DNA from: Desulfobulbus propionicus DSM 2032
Lineage (GTDB): Bacteria; Desulfobacterota; Desulfobulbia; Desulfobulbales; Desulfobulbaceae
DNA length: 32,000 bases
NCBI RefSeq assembly: GCF_000186885.1
Contig: NC_014972.1
Location: 270,001-302,000, forward strand
Direction: 5' to 3'
Each line of letters opens with the position of its first letter. Positions within the stretch are counted from its first letter, which is position 1. A model generated the notes under the pieces. The model was not told the origin of the DNA and did not search any database. It saw only the letters and a list, made by a program, of their open reading frames with translations. Positions 18,361 through 27,259 of the stretch are shown here, piece by piece. Both the position numbers and the translations under genes were made by a program.

Positions 18361-19284
18361 TTACCAGGATTTGGTCAGGGTAGCGACGAACCGTGCATCT
18401 TCCGGACCATTGTCAACGCCGTATTCCTGCAGGTAGCGCAGGTTCACCTGGCAGAGCATCGGCAGGTAGAACACATTGACCTCGGCGCCGAGGGCATGGG
18501 CCTTTTTATGCTGATCGGCCGCCGCACCCGCTTCGTCGCTGTCGTCGGAGAACTGCCAGTAGGAGGCGCCGGTCAGGCCGGGGCGGATCATCAGACTGCT
18601 GTTGACCTGGAACTCCTTGCCGATGCCGTACTCGGCAACAAATTCCGAACCAGGGGTAATGTCGGTGTCTTCCTGCTCGCCGTTGATCAGGGTCCGGGTG
18701 AGGACGCTGGCCGACCAGGTTTTCTGGTCGTCAAGATAGAGGGTGCCGCCCACGGTCATCATCCCGGACCAATAGCCCAATCCGGGCGAGGCGGGTTCGT
18801 CGCCTTCAAAGTGGCCGGTGGGGACAATCACCGCCAGGGCAAAGGAGGCATCCCATCGCGGTTGCCGCCAAGCCAGGGCAAAAGGCTCCAAGGTGATGTC
18901 GCCGAGGGTGAAGGAGTGGCTGTCCGAGAACGAACCAGAGGTAAACTCTTGGTCGACCAAGGGGATGATAACGTCGTAGAAATAATCCGCGCCTAAAATC
19001 TTGACATCGGTCACGTGGATGATGCGCTGCACCGAGGCAAACACATCGAGCTCGAAGTTCCCGGGCACGGTGTTGCCGCTGTTGTCCTTCAGCTCATCCG
19101 GAGTGTACCAGAGGTTGTACATGCGGTAGTGCCAGCCCGGTGGGGGCGGTGTTGCCCCCAGCACCCCCTCGACGCCATAGGTGTAATGCGACCCAGAGGT
19201 CCACGCCCACCCAGACGCGCACAGGGGTAACGTCAGCGCAAGGCAACCGGCAAGCGTCCCAACCCATTGTTTGTTGCTCAACAT
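18361..19284 (-). CDS. Putative outer-membrane beta-barrel protein (resembles the MetA-pathway-of-phenol-degradation / 'transporter' OMP family)
   Basis: It has an N-terminal signal peptide (WVGTLAGCLALTLPLCASGWA), alternating amphipathic strand-like segments, and a C-terminal aromatic residue (..LTKSW) typical of an OMP beta-signal. The family assignment is from memory and tentative. Confidence 0.5.
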   Translation of the reverse strand: MLSNKQWVGTLAGCLALTLPLCASGWAWTSGSHYTYGVEGVLGATPPPPGWHYRMYNLWYTPDELKDNSGNTVPGNFELDVFASVQRIIHVTDVKILGADYFYDVIIPLVDQEFTSGSFSDSHSFTLGDITLEPFALAWRQPRWDASFALAVIVPTGHFEGDEPASPGLGYWSGMMTVGGTLYLDDQKTWSASVLTRTLINGEQEDTDITPGSEFVAEYGIGKEFQVNSSLMIRPGLTGASYWQFSDDSDEAGAAADQHKKAHALGAEVNVFYLPMLCQVNLRYLQEYGVDNGPEDARFVATLTKSW

Positions 19285-19366
19285 CTTTTCTCCCTCTTGT
19301 TGCTGTTATCGGATGCGGACAACAACGATCCGTGATCAATGTCCGCTGTTGCTCAGGGGTTTGCGT

Positions 19367-20644
19367 TTATTCCGCAAGGCGCGCGAACCGCTCCCAGAAA
19401 TCGGGAAAGGATTTGACCACGCACTGGGGGTTGCCGATGTACACGCCGGGGATGCGCAGACCGGCGACGGCAAAGCTCATGGCCATGCGATGATCGTTGT
19501 AGGTGGCGATGGAGGCGCCATGGAGTGTGCGGCCGCCCTGTTTGCCATGGATGATCATCCGCGCCGGCTCTTCCTCCACCTCGGCGCCCAGTTTACGCAG
19601 TTCGTTGACCACCGCCGACAGGCGGTCGCACTCCTTGATGCGCAGGTGGGCAATGTTGTTGATGATGGTCGTGCCCTCGGCAAAAGCCGCCACCACCGCC
19701 AGGGTCGGCGCCACGTCGGGCATGTCGCCCATGTCCACTTCGATACCTTCCAGCCTATCTGGACCGATCAGGGTGATACCTGCCTCGGTCTGCTCGATGC
19801 GGCACCCCATGCGGGCGAGATAGGGCAGCAGTTTGGCGTCGCCCTGGAGCGAGGGCACCGGAACATTGGCCACCGTGACCCGTCCGCCGGTCACGGCGGC
19901 TGCGGCCCAGAAATAGGACGCCCCGGAAGCGTCGCCCTCGATGGCGTAGGTTCGTCCCTGATAGCTCCCCCGGGGAATGCGGAAGAAATTGAGCGTTGGC
20001 GCGGCCTCGACCCGAACGCCGAAATCGGCCATTACCGCCAGCGTCATCTCCACATAGGGTTTGGAGAGAATTTCGCCCAAGACTTCCAATTCAGCCGGTG
20101 CGTTGGCATAGGGAGCCACCAGCAGCAGGGAGGAGAGGTATTGGCTCGATTTGCCCTCTGGCAGTACCGTGCGCCCGCCGGCAAGCCCCTTGGCCATGAT
20201 GGTCAGAGGCGGGCAGCCGGTGCCGGCGTCGCTATCGATGCTGACCTGCCAGCCGCGCAGGGCCTCCATTAACGGCAGGATCGGACGCTCGGCCATCCGT
20301 TCGCTGCCGGTGATATGGAAACGGCCCTGACCCAGGGCGGCCACCGAGGTGAGAAAGCGGGTGGCGGTGCCATTATTGCCGAGAAAGATGTCTCCTTCGG
20401 GGGCGAGGACTCGACCACCGCTGCCCTCGACCTGCCAGCGGTTGGGGTCGCGGTCATCGCAGGCGATGCCCATGGCCCGCAGGGCGTTCATGGTGAAATG
20501 GGTGTCTTCGCTCGCCAGGGGGCCAAGGAGTTGCGAGGAGCCTTCGGCCAAGGCGGCGGCAATCAAGGCCCGTTGGGTCAGGCTTTTGGAACCGGGAACC
20601 GTGACAACGGCATCGATGGTGGCGACGGGTTGGATGGTGATCAT
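19367..20644 (-). CDS. aroA: 3-phosphoshikimate 1-carboxyvinyltransferase (EPSP synthase)
   Basis: 425 aa with VPGSKSLTQRALIAAALAEG, LGNNGTATRFL, IKECDRL and DHRMAMSFAVAGL. Confidence 0.92.
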   Translation of the reverse strand: MITIQPVATIDAVVTVPGSKSLTQRALIAAALAEGSSQLLGPLASEDTHFTMNALRAMGIACDDRDPNRWQVEGSGGRVLAPEGDIFLGNNGTATRFLTSVAALGQGRFHITGSERMAERPILPLMEALRGWQVSIDSDAGTGCPPLTIMAKGLAGGRTVLPEGKSSQYLSSLLLVAPYANAPAELEVLGEILSKPYVEMTLAVMADFGVRVEAAPTLNFFRIPRGSYQGRTYAIEGDASGASYFWAAAAVTGGRVTVANVPVPSLQGDAKLLPYLARMGCRIEQTEAGITLIGPDRLEGIEVDMGDMPDVAPTLAVVAAFAEGTTIINNIAHLRIKECDRLSAVVNELRKLGAEVEEEPARMIIHGKQGGRTLHGASIATYNDHRMAMSFAVAGLRIPGVYIGNPQCVVKSFPDFWERFARLAE

Positions 20645-20665
20645 GGGAGTGTTGCTGGCATAGGA

Positions 20666-21502
20666 TTAGGATTGTCTTGACCGCAGTTCTTCCAGCAGGG
20701 CTTGGCGCATGACCGCGTGGGGCGCCTCACGGCCGGTCCAGAGGATAAACTGGGCTGCTCCCTGGTACTGGAGCATCTTGAGACCGTCGATGGTCCGGCA
20801 TCCGCGCTGTTTCGCCTCGACGAGCAAACGGGTGGAGAGTGGCGCATAGACGATATCCATCACCACTGGAAAGCGGGCCAACAGGGCCGGGTCGATCGGC
20901 ACGGCCTCCTTTTTGGGCGCCATGCCCACCGAGGTAGTGTTGATCAGGGCATCGGCCTGGGCGGTCGGCAATTCGTGGGCGCTGAGAAAGGGACAGTTGA
21001 GCTGCCGGGCCAGATCCCGACCTTTGGATTCGGTGCGGTTGGTCACCAGGACCCTGGCTCCGGCCTCGATCAGGCCAAAACCCACTGCGCGGGCCGCCCC
21101 GCCGGCACCGATGATCAGCACGGTACTGGTGGCTAGGTCCAGCGCCTCGGCCAAGGCCTGATTCGAGCCTAGCCAATCGGTGTTGTAGCCGAGACAGCGG
21201 TTCTGGCCGTCTTGGTCCCGACGAAACAACAGGGTGTTGACCGCGCCGATTTTGCGGGCCACCGGATCGACCTCGTCGATGTAGTCCATAACCGCCACCT
21301 TGAACGGCACGGTGACCGAGACACCAACAAAACCGAGGCTTTTCAGGCCCCGGAAGCCGTCGCCCAGATCCGCCGGCCGCATGGGAATGTAGACACCATT
21401 GAGGCCCAGATGGGCAAAGGCGGCGTTGTGCATCGCCGGACTGAGGGAATGTTCCACCGGATTGCCGATGATGCCGAAAAGTTGCGTCTGACCGTTGATC
21501 AT
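20666..21502 (-). CDS. aroE: Shikimate dehydrogenase
   Basis: LFGIIGNPVEHSLSPAMHNAAF, SVTVPFK, NTDWLG, the NAD(P) motif IIGAGGAARAV, and NTTSVGM. Its start overlaps the aroD stop by 4 nt (ATGA at 21499-21502). Confidence 0.9.
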   Translation of the reverse strand: MINGQTQLFGIIGNPVEHSLSPAMHNAAFAHLGLNGVYIPMRPADLGDGFRGLKSLGFVGVSVTVPFKVAVMDYIDEVDPVARKIGAVNTLLFRRDQDGQNRCLGYNTDWLGSNQALAEALDLATSTVLIIGAGGAARAVGFGLIEAGARVLVTNRTESKGRDLARQLNCPFLSAHELPTAQADALINTTSVGMAPKKEAVPIDPALLARFPVVMDIVYAPLSTRLLVEAKQRGCRTIDGLKMLQYQGAAQFILWTGREAPHAVMRQALLEELRSRQS

Positions 21503-22200
21503 GGGCGGTGGTCGAGCAAAGAAAGGAGGCGGTGAAGGTTGTCGACCGTGAGTTGTCCGGGGGCTGTGGCCTGCGCTTCCGACAGGGCCGCGTAGGTCAT
21601 GAAGCCACCAAGAAAGAGGGTGGCGAAGCGGCTAATGGTGCCAGCACGGCCCATGGCAAAGGCGCACAGGGGAAAATCGTGGGCCAGAGCGTCTTGTTGC
21701 AGGGCCAGTACCCGCAACACCTCGGCCGCTGACACGGCGGTGGTGACAATCTTGCCGATATCGGCACCGCTGGCCATCATCTGTTGCAGAGTTGCGTGGA
21801 GCTGCGCAGCGTCCGGCGTGCCGTCGAAATCATGGCTGGACACGATCACCTTGGCCTGATGGCGGTGTGCCTCTTGGATGATCTGGGCCTGCAACTCGGA
21901 TGCGGTCGCCAGTTCCACATCGACATAGCGGGCGCCCCAGCGCAGTGCTGCGCACAGCAGATTCACGCGCTCTTCTTCGGAACCGGTCCATTGCCCCCCT
22001 TCCCAAGCCGGCCGGTTGGTCGCCAGCACCGGTTTGTCCAGCGCAGCGATACACTGCCCGCATTGTGGATCGCGCATGCCATCCAAGCGGATCTCAACCA
22101 CATCGACGAGCGGCAGGACCGGCGTGACAGCTGACAGGATATGATGCTTGTCCTCGCTGGCGACCGAAACACAGATCAATCCCTGAGCAGTCATGGTCAT
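21499..22200 (-). CDS. aroD: Type I 3-dehydroquinate dehydratase
   Basis: VEIRLD and [12 protein letters not shown] (catalytic His), with GADIGKIV 27 residues after that His. This is the same spacing as His143-Lys170 in the enteric enzyme. [10 protein letters not shown] is also present. Its start overlaps the pyrD stop by 4 nt. Confidence 0.85.
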   Translation of the reverse strand: MTMTAQGLICVSVASEDKHHILSAVTPVLPLVDVVEIRLDGMRDPQCGQCIAALDKPVLATNRPAWEGGQWTGSEEERVNLLCAALRWGARYVDVELATASELQAQIIQEAHRHQAKVIVSSHDFDGTPDAAQLHATLQQMMASGADIGKIVTTAVSAAEVLRVLALQQDALAHDFPLCAFAMGRAGTISRFATLFLGGFMTYAALSEAQATAPGQLTVDNLHRLLSLLDHRP

Positions 22201-23138
22201 TTACTCAAGCGCAAGCCGCCAATGATGGAGCGCACCGAGGTTTCGCCTTGATCGCGCAGATAGGTTTCAATGCCGGCAAGGATCTGGGACACGGCGGCAG
22301 GGTTGTAAAAGTTGGCGGTGCCCACCTGCACGGCCGAGGCGCCGGCGAGGAGAAACTCGATCGCATCTTCGGGGGTGCCGATGCCGCCAATGCCGATCAC
22401 CGGAATGGAGACCGACGAGGTCACCTGCCAGACCATGCGCAGGGCCACCGGTTTGACTGCCGGTCCGGAAAGGCCGCCAATGACGTTGGCCAGCTTCGGT
22501 CTGCGGGTGCGCGCATCGATGGCCATACCGATCAAGGTGTTGATCAGGGACAGGGCATCGGCACCACCGTCCGCCACTGCTCGGGCCATGGCCACGATGT
22601 CGGTGACGTTGGGCGAGAGTTTGACGATCACCGGCAGCGTGGTCACCCGTTTGACTGCCGCGGTCACCGCCGCGGCCATTTCTGGAACCGTGCCGAAGGC
22701 CACGCCACCTTTCTTCACATTGGGGCAGGAGATATTGACCTCGAGAGCATCAATGCCAGCAACATCGGAGAGTGCTGCGGCCAGGGCAGCGTATTCCTCG
22801 ATGGAATCGCCAAGGATGTTGACAACCACCCGGCAACCGCAGGTGCGGAGGAACGGCATTTTGTCGCTGATGAACCGCTCGACGCCGACATTCTCCAGGC
22901 CAATGGCATTGAGCATGCCGCACGGAGTCTCGACAATACGCGGCGGTGGATTGCCTGGGCGAGGATGCAAGGAGATGCCTTTGACCACTACCGCTCCGAG
23001 GCTGGCCAGCGGAACAAGATGGGCAAACTCCGCCGCATAACCGAAGGTGCCCGAGGCGGTCATCACCGGATTGGCAAGGGCGAGTGGGCCGAGTTGGACC
23101 CGCAGATCGGGCACGGGAACAGAGGTTACCGTATCCAT
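22197..23138 (-). CDS. pyrD: Dihydroorotate dehydrogenase, class 1B catalytic subunit
   Basis: [34 protein letters not shown] (active-site Cys), [10 protein letters not shown] and IGIGGI. It is paired with pyrK. Confidence 0.9.
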   Translation of the reverse strand: MDTVTSVPVPDLRVQLGPLALANPVMTASGTFGYAAEFAHLVPLASLGAVVVKGISLHPRPGNPPPRIVETPCGMLNAIGLENVGVERFISDKMPFLRTCGCRVVVNILGDSIEEYAALAAALSDVAGIDALEVNISCPNVKKGGVAFGTVPEMAAAVTAAVKRVTTLPVIVKLSPNVTDIVAMARAVADGGADALSLINTLIGMAIDARTRRPKLANVIGGLSGPAVKPVALRMVWQVTSSVSIPVIGIGGIGTPEDAIEFLLAGASAVQVGTANFYNPAAVSQILAGIETYLRDQGETSVRSIIGGLRLSK

Positions 23139-23911
23139 GCCACCTCCTGTGCATCGAGAACCGGACCTTGTTTACACACATGCAGATATTGCCCCTCGGT
23201 GCCATGCACCGTGCAGCCAAGACACGCGCCCAGACCACAGGCCATGTGTGCCTCCAGCGAAACTTCACAGGCGACACCGGCCGAGTGGCAAAGCGCGGCC
23301 ACCGTGGCCATCATCGGGTGGGGGCCGCAGGTGTAGACCTTGCTGAAGCGACTGAGCTCAGGTGCTAGAAGTTCGGTGATGAAGCCATGATGTCCAAGGG
23401 AGCCATCGTCGGTAGCTGTATGCACCTGACACCCCAAGGCGCTGAATTCCATCGCCAGAGGAGCGAGCTCGTCTCCGGAACGGGAACCAAGGAAGACCGT
23501 GCAATCAGCGCCAGCTCCGCCGGCCTGCTGCAGGGCGTGGACAAGAAATCGCAGCGGCGCGATGCCGATGCCGCCACCAACAAGACTAACAGGCCGTCCG
23601 GGTTGGAGACGAAAACCGTGTCCCAAAGGGCCAATCAGGGAAAGTGATTGCCCTGTTCGGCATTCGGACAACAACTGGGTACCACGTCCAATGACCTTGA
23701 ACAACAGCTGTAAGGTCCCATCCTGGGTGCAGTGATGAATGGAAAAGGGTCGGCGCAACAACGGATCAAGGGTTAAACCGCAGGCGACCATCACGAATTG
23801 GCCCGGTTGGGCATGGGCAGCGATCATGGGACATCGCAGGGTGAGACGGTAAAAATCTTTGGAGAGCTGCTCGATACGCTCTATGCTGCAATTTTCCTGG
23901 TACTGTGGCAT
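23126..23911 (-). CDS. pyrK: Dihydroorotate dehydrogenase electron-transfer subunit (FAD/2Fe-2S)
   Basis: RRPFSI (FAD-binding RxxS), GGGIGIAPL, and the C-terminal cluster [11 protein letters not shown]...C. It lies upstream of, and overlaps, pyrD. Confidence 0.88.
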   Translation of the reverse strand: MPQYQENCSIERIEQLSKDFYRLTLRCPMIAAHAQPGQFVMVACGLTLDPLLRRPFSIHHCTQDGTLQLLFKVIGRGTQLLSECRTGQSLSLIGPLGHGFRLQPGRPVSLVGGGIGIAPLRFLVHALQQAGGAGADCTVFLGSRSGDELAPLAMEFSALGCQVHTATDDGSLGHHGFITELLAPELSRFSKVYTCGPHPMMATVAALCHSAGVACEVSLEAHMACGLGACLGCTVHGTEGQYLHVCKQGPVLDAQEVAWIR

Positions 23912-23974
23912 GGAAAGCGATACAACGAAGATACAAATTAAATATTATCCTTAATCAACAGGTGGTTATCAACA

Positions 23975-24757
23975 ATGGAAGCATCGCTGACCGTATTTGC
24001 CGCCCTGATCGGTGCCGTGGTGGGCTCCTTTCTCAACGTGGTCATTCTTCGCTTGCCCGAGGAAGGCGCGTCTATCGTGTTTCCTGGATCCCATTGCCCC
24101 TACTGCCAACAGCCGCTGACATGGTGGGAGAACATTCCCCTTGTCAGTTTTCTGTTGCTGGGGGGCAAATGCAAAACGTGCAAAGTGCCTATTTCGTGGC
24201 AGTATCCCTTGGTGGAAGCAGCGATGGCAGCTTTGACCGCCCTGTTGTTTTGGCGTTTTGGCCTCAGCGCTGAATTGTTGGTCTATTTTGTCTTTAGCGC
24301 TGCCCTGCTGGTTATCATATTTATTGACATCCATCATCAAATAATTCCCGATCGGATCAGTCTGCCGGGAATCGTGATTGGATTTGCCGGGTCGTTGGTT
24401 ATCGACCAGATAACCTGGCAGCAATCGGCCCTTGGTATTCTGTTTGGCGGCGGAATCCTCTATGCCGTGGCGTGGGGGTATATGGCGTTGACCAAACGGG
24501 AAGGCATGGGCGGTGGCGACATTAAGTTGCTCGCCATGATCGGGGCCTTTCTGGGTTGGCAGAGTTTGTTGTATGTGATTTTTTCCAGCTCCGTGGCGGG
24601 ATGTGTCGTCGGTGGAATCGCCATGGTCAAACAAGGCAGGGGAGGACAGACTCGTATTCCATTTGGACCTTTTCTGGCGATCGCTGCCCTGTCCTATCTC
24701 TTCTTTCAGGAACAGATCGTCGGGATTTGGCGCTGGTATCTGCACAGCGCCTTCTAA
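23975..24757 (+). CDS. pilD: Prepilin peptidase / N-methyltransferase (A24 family)
   Basis: N-terminal Cys pairs CPYCQQPL and CKTCKVPI, several TM segments, the catalytic Asp context GMGGGDIKLLAMIGAF, and a PFGPFLA C-terminal block. Confidence 0.88.
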   Translation: MEASLTVFAALIGAVVGSFLNVVILRLPEEGASIVFPGSHCPYCQQPLTWWENIPLVSFLLLGGKCKTCKVPISWQYPLVEAAMAALTALLFWRFGLSAELLVYFVFSAALLVIIFIDIHHQIIPDRISLPGIVIGFAGSLVIDQITWQQSALGILFGGGILYAVAWGYMALTKREGMGGGDIKLLAMIGAFLGWQSLLYVIFSSSVAGCVVGGIAMVKQGRGGQTRIPFGPFLAIAALSYLFFQEQIVGIWRWYLHSAF

Positions 24758-24775
24758 CGGCTGGTTGGTGCGGGT

Positions 24776-24810
24776 AAAAAAAAACCCCCGAACGAATCGG
24801 GGGTTTTCTT
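24776..24810. terminator. Bidirectional rho-independent terminator between convergent pilD and dsrP
   Basis: An A-run (24776-24784), the stem CCCCCGA (24785-24791) pairing with TCGGGGG (24797-24803), loop ACGAA, then TTTTCTT. It can therefore function on both strands. Confidence 0.75.
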
Positions 24811-24828
24811 GTTTCTCTTTGGCAGAGA

Positions 24829-26001
24829 TCAGGCTTCAATCTCGTGTTCTACGCCGATGGCAATCTTGTAGAGGATGGTCAGGATAAAGAAGCCGGTGGC
24901 CCAGACTCCGATAGTAATGAACAGCTCGTTGAGCGTCGGGTAATACTCGACAATCTCTTCGGTCGGTGTGGGAACAAATCCTCCAAGGACAAAGCCGATG
25001 CCCTTGTCCAGCCAGAAGGCGATGAAAATGGAGGCACAACCGACCCCGAGCCAAAGGTCACTCTGCCTGCGAGTGTAGGGAATGGTGATGAGGGCGATGC
25101 CAACCAGGAAGAGGACCACAAAGCCCCACATGAACGGAACCAGGTTATTGTAGACATGACCATGATGTTCCAATCCGAAGAACAGATACTGCAGGGTGTG
25201 TTTGTGACCCGGAATGTCTGAGTAGAAGCCGACGAAAAACTCCAGGCCGACAAAGAACATGTTGGCAATGGCCGCATAGGTGATAATGGTCACCATTTTG
25301 TCGATGGCTTGTTTTCCCGCATCGAAATTTGCGACTCGTTTCAGGATCAGGGCCATGACCACGATCAGCGCTGGACCTGCGGCAAAGGCTGAGGCGAGGA
25401 ATCGAGGAGCAACGATCGCTGACAGCCAGAAATGCCGTCCGGGTAAACCGCAGTAGAGCATGGCGGTGACAGTGTGGATCGAGAAGGCAAAGGGAATCGA
25501 CAGATAGACAAAGAAATAGATCCATTTTGGCGGATGCATCTGCTTGCGCTCGGCGGTCAGGATCACCCATCCGCATAGGGCGTTGAGCAACAGGTAGCCC
25601 CAGAGCACGCACATATCCCAGAACAGCATGGAATGCGGGGTGGCGTAGAACAGGACGTTCAAACCACGCAACGGCTGACCAAGGTCGGCCATAATGAACA
25701 TCATGCACATCAAAAGCGAGGCGATGGCGAGAAACTCACCGAGGATGGTGATCCGACCGAATGCCTTGAAGTTATGAATATAATAGGGAAGCACCAACAT
25801 CACGCCTCCCGCCGCCACACCGACCAGAAAAGTAAACTGGGAAATGTAGATTCCCCAGGAGACGTCGCGGGTCATGCCTGTCAGGCCAAGTCCGTAAAAA
25901 TACTGACGGAGATAGCAGAAAGCCGCCACCGCGATAAAAAAGCCGAGGAAGGCCAGCCACATCCAGTAGTAATTGTTTCCTTTTAATGCTTTTTCAAACA
26001 T
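24829..26001 (-). CDS. dsrP: DsrP, NrfD/PsrC-family integral membrane quinone-interacting subunit of the DsrMKJOP complex
   Basis: 390 aa with about 10 predicted TM helices and NrfD-like composition. It is the last gene of an M-K-J-O-P ordered cluster. Confidence 0.85.
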   Translation of the reverse strand: MFEKALKGNNYYWMWLAFLGFFIAVAAFCYLRQYFYGLGLTGMTRDVSWGIYISQFTFLVGVAAGGVMLVLPYYIHNFKAFGRITILGEFLAIASLLMCMMFIMADLGQPLRGLNVLFYATPHSMLFWDMCVLWGYLLLNALCGWVILTAERKQMHPPKWIYFFVYLSIPFAFSIHTVTAMLYCGLPGRHFWLSAIVAPRFLASAFAAGPALIVVMALILKRVANFDAGKQAIDKMVTIITYAAIANMFFVGLEFFVGFYSDIPGHKHTLQYLFFGLEHHGHVYNNLVPFMWGFVVLFLVGIALITIPYTRRQSDLWLGVGCASIFIAFWLDKGIGFVLGGFVPTPTEEIVEYYPTLNELFITIGVWATGFFILTILYKIAIGVEHEIEA

Positions 26002-26010
26002 GGGGGCCTC

Positions 26011-26838
26011 TCACACGATATAAAAGACTGAGGGTAAGGTTCCGAGAGAAGGATTCCGCTGAATGGTATGCTGCTCTTTGAGAATCTTTCGGATCTCGGA
26101 GTTGGGATCATTGAGATTGCCAAAAACCAAAGCCTTGCTGTCGCCAACGGCCTCGACACAGGCCGGCAGCTTGCCGATCTGGACGCGTTCGACGCAAAAA
26201 TTGCATTTTTCGACAACGCCGCGGGTACGGGCCGGGTAATCTCGGTTGATATCGGTGATAAAGGAGCGCGGATCACGCCAGTTAAAACTTCTGCTGCCAT
26301 AGGGGCAGGCTGCCATGCAGAACCGGCAGCCGATGCAGCGGTGGTAATCCATGCCGATAATGCCGTCCTCGGAACGGAAGGTCGCCTTGGTGGGGCAGGC
26401 TCGTACACAGGGCGGGTTGTCGCAGTGATTGCACAGGATCGGCAGTTGGTGCTTTTCGCTGGCTTCATCCAGGTAGAGATTTGGCTTCTCTGGGAAAGCA
26501 TTTTCGAAGTTGGTCATCCAGATCCATTTAATTTCGTCCCGCTTGTCAGGGAATTGCGGCACGTTGTGAATCTTATGACAGGCATGGACCGCCTTTGCGC
26601 CCAAACCGGGATCTTCCTGAAATTTTTTGATGTCGATGACCATGCCGTAGCGGATCCCGCCTTGTGCGGCACCGCCGTGCCCAGCGGCTGCTCCAGCCTG
26701 TTCCGCACCGTGGCCAGCACTAGTAGCATGGGCCAAACCCGCGCCAGACACCAAACGATCAACCACCGCAGTTCCGCCAAGGCCCGCCAGTGTGGAAATA
26801 CCGGCTACCTTGAGGAAATTTCTTCTATTTGTATCCAT
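26011..26838 (-). CDS. dsrO: DsrO, periplasmic (Tat-exported) 4Fe-4S ferredoxin-like subunit
   Basis: The ATG at 26838 (MDTNRRNFLKVAG, twin-arginine motif) is preceded by AGGAGGAAG. The ferredoxin Cys clusters are CNHCDNPPCVRACP, CIGCRFCMAACP and CNFCVERV. The track start at 26931 overlaps dsrJ and was rejected. Confidence 0.85.
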   Translation of the reverse strand: MDTNRRNFLKVAGISTLAGLGGTAVVDRLVSGAGLAHATSAGHGAEQAGAAAGHGGAAQGGIRYGMVIDIKKFQEDPGLGAKAVHACHKIHNVPQFPDKRDEIKWIWMTNFENAFPEKPNLYLDEASEKHQLPILCNHCDNPPCVRACPTKATFRSEDGIIGMDYHRCIGCRFCMAACPYGSRSFNWRDPRSFITDINRDYPARTRGVVEKCNFCVERVQIGKLPACVEAVGDSKALVFGNLNDPNSEIRKILKEQHTIQRNPSLGTLPSVFYIV

Positions 26839-26860
26839 CTGTCTCTTCCTCCTTAGCCGT

Positions 26861-27232
26861 TCACTCAACAGGAGCCAAATGGCAATCCCAACAATAGGGC
26901 GTAACCGATGCGTAGGTGTGACAGGTGTCACAGAACTGCTTCTTGCTCGTATGGCATTTCATGCAGGTCAGCATCAGGCTCTTCTGGTATTGCTTGCCTT
27001 CCAGCTCAAAGGTTTCCCGCTTCCCGTCGCGCAGCACATCGTCACGCCATACGTTGAGCAGTTTCATATGCTCGGCGCGAATCTCGGCGGCCGGCAGAAC
27101 ACAGGTTTTGGCATCCTTGGGCAACACGGGTTTCGGTACCGACCCAGCGGTGCCGCGATTGTACCAAATGGGTATGGTGATGATCAGGACGAAAATGATC
27201 AGTCCCGGAATTATTTTACCGCTATCGTACAT
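26861..27232 (-). CDS. dsrJ: DsrJ, membrane-anchored triheme cytochrome c
   Basis: An N-terminal TM/signal anchor (IIPGLIIFVLIITIPIW) and three CxxCH motifs (CMKCH, CDTCH, CWDCH). An additional conserved-looking Cys lies in AKTCVLP. The RBS is GGGAGGA. Confidence 0.85.
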   Translation of the reverse strand: MYDSGKIIPGLIIFVLIITIPIWYNRGTAGSVPKPVLPKDAKTCVLPAAEIRAEHMKLLNVWRDDVLRDGKRETFELEGKQYQKSLMLTCMKCHTSKKQFCDTCHTYASVTPYCWDCHLAPVE

Positions 27233-27259
27233 AGCTTTTCCTCCCTTCCTGCCGATCTA

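Noticed and set aside
26839-26931. A longer DsrO start (track ORF from 26931) overlapping dsrJ by 71 nt.
   Set aside because: The extra 31 residues precede the twin-arginine signal, which must be N-terminal. The ATG at 26838 has an AGGAGG RBS and gives a canonical Tat leader.
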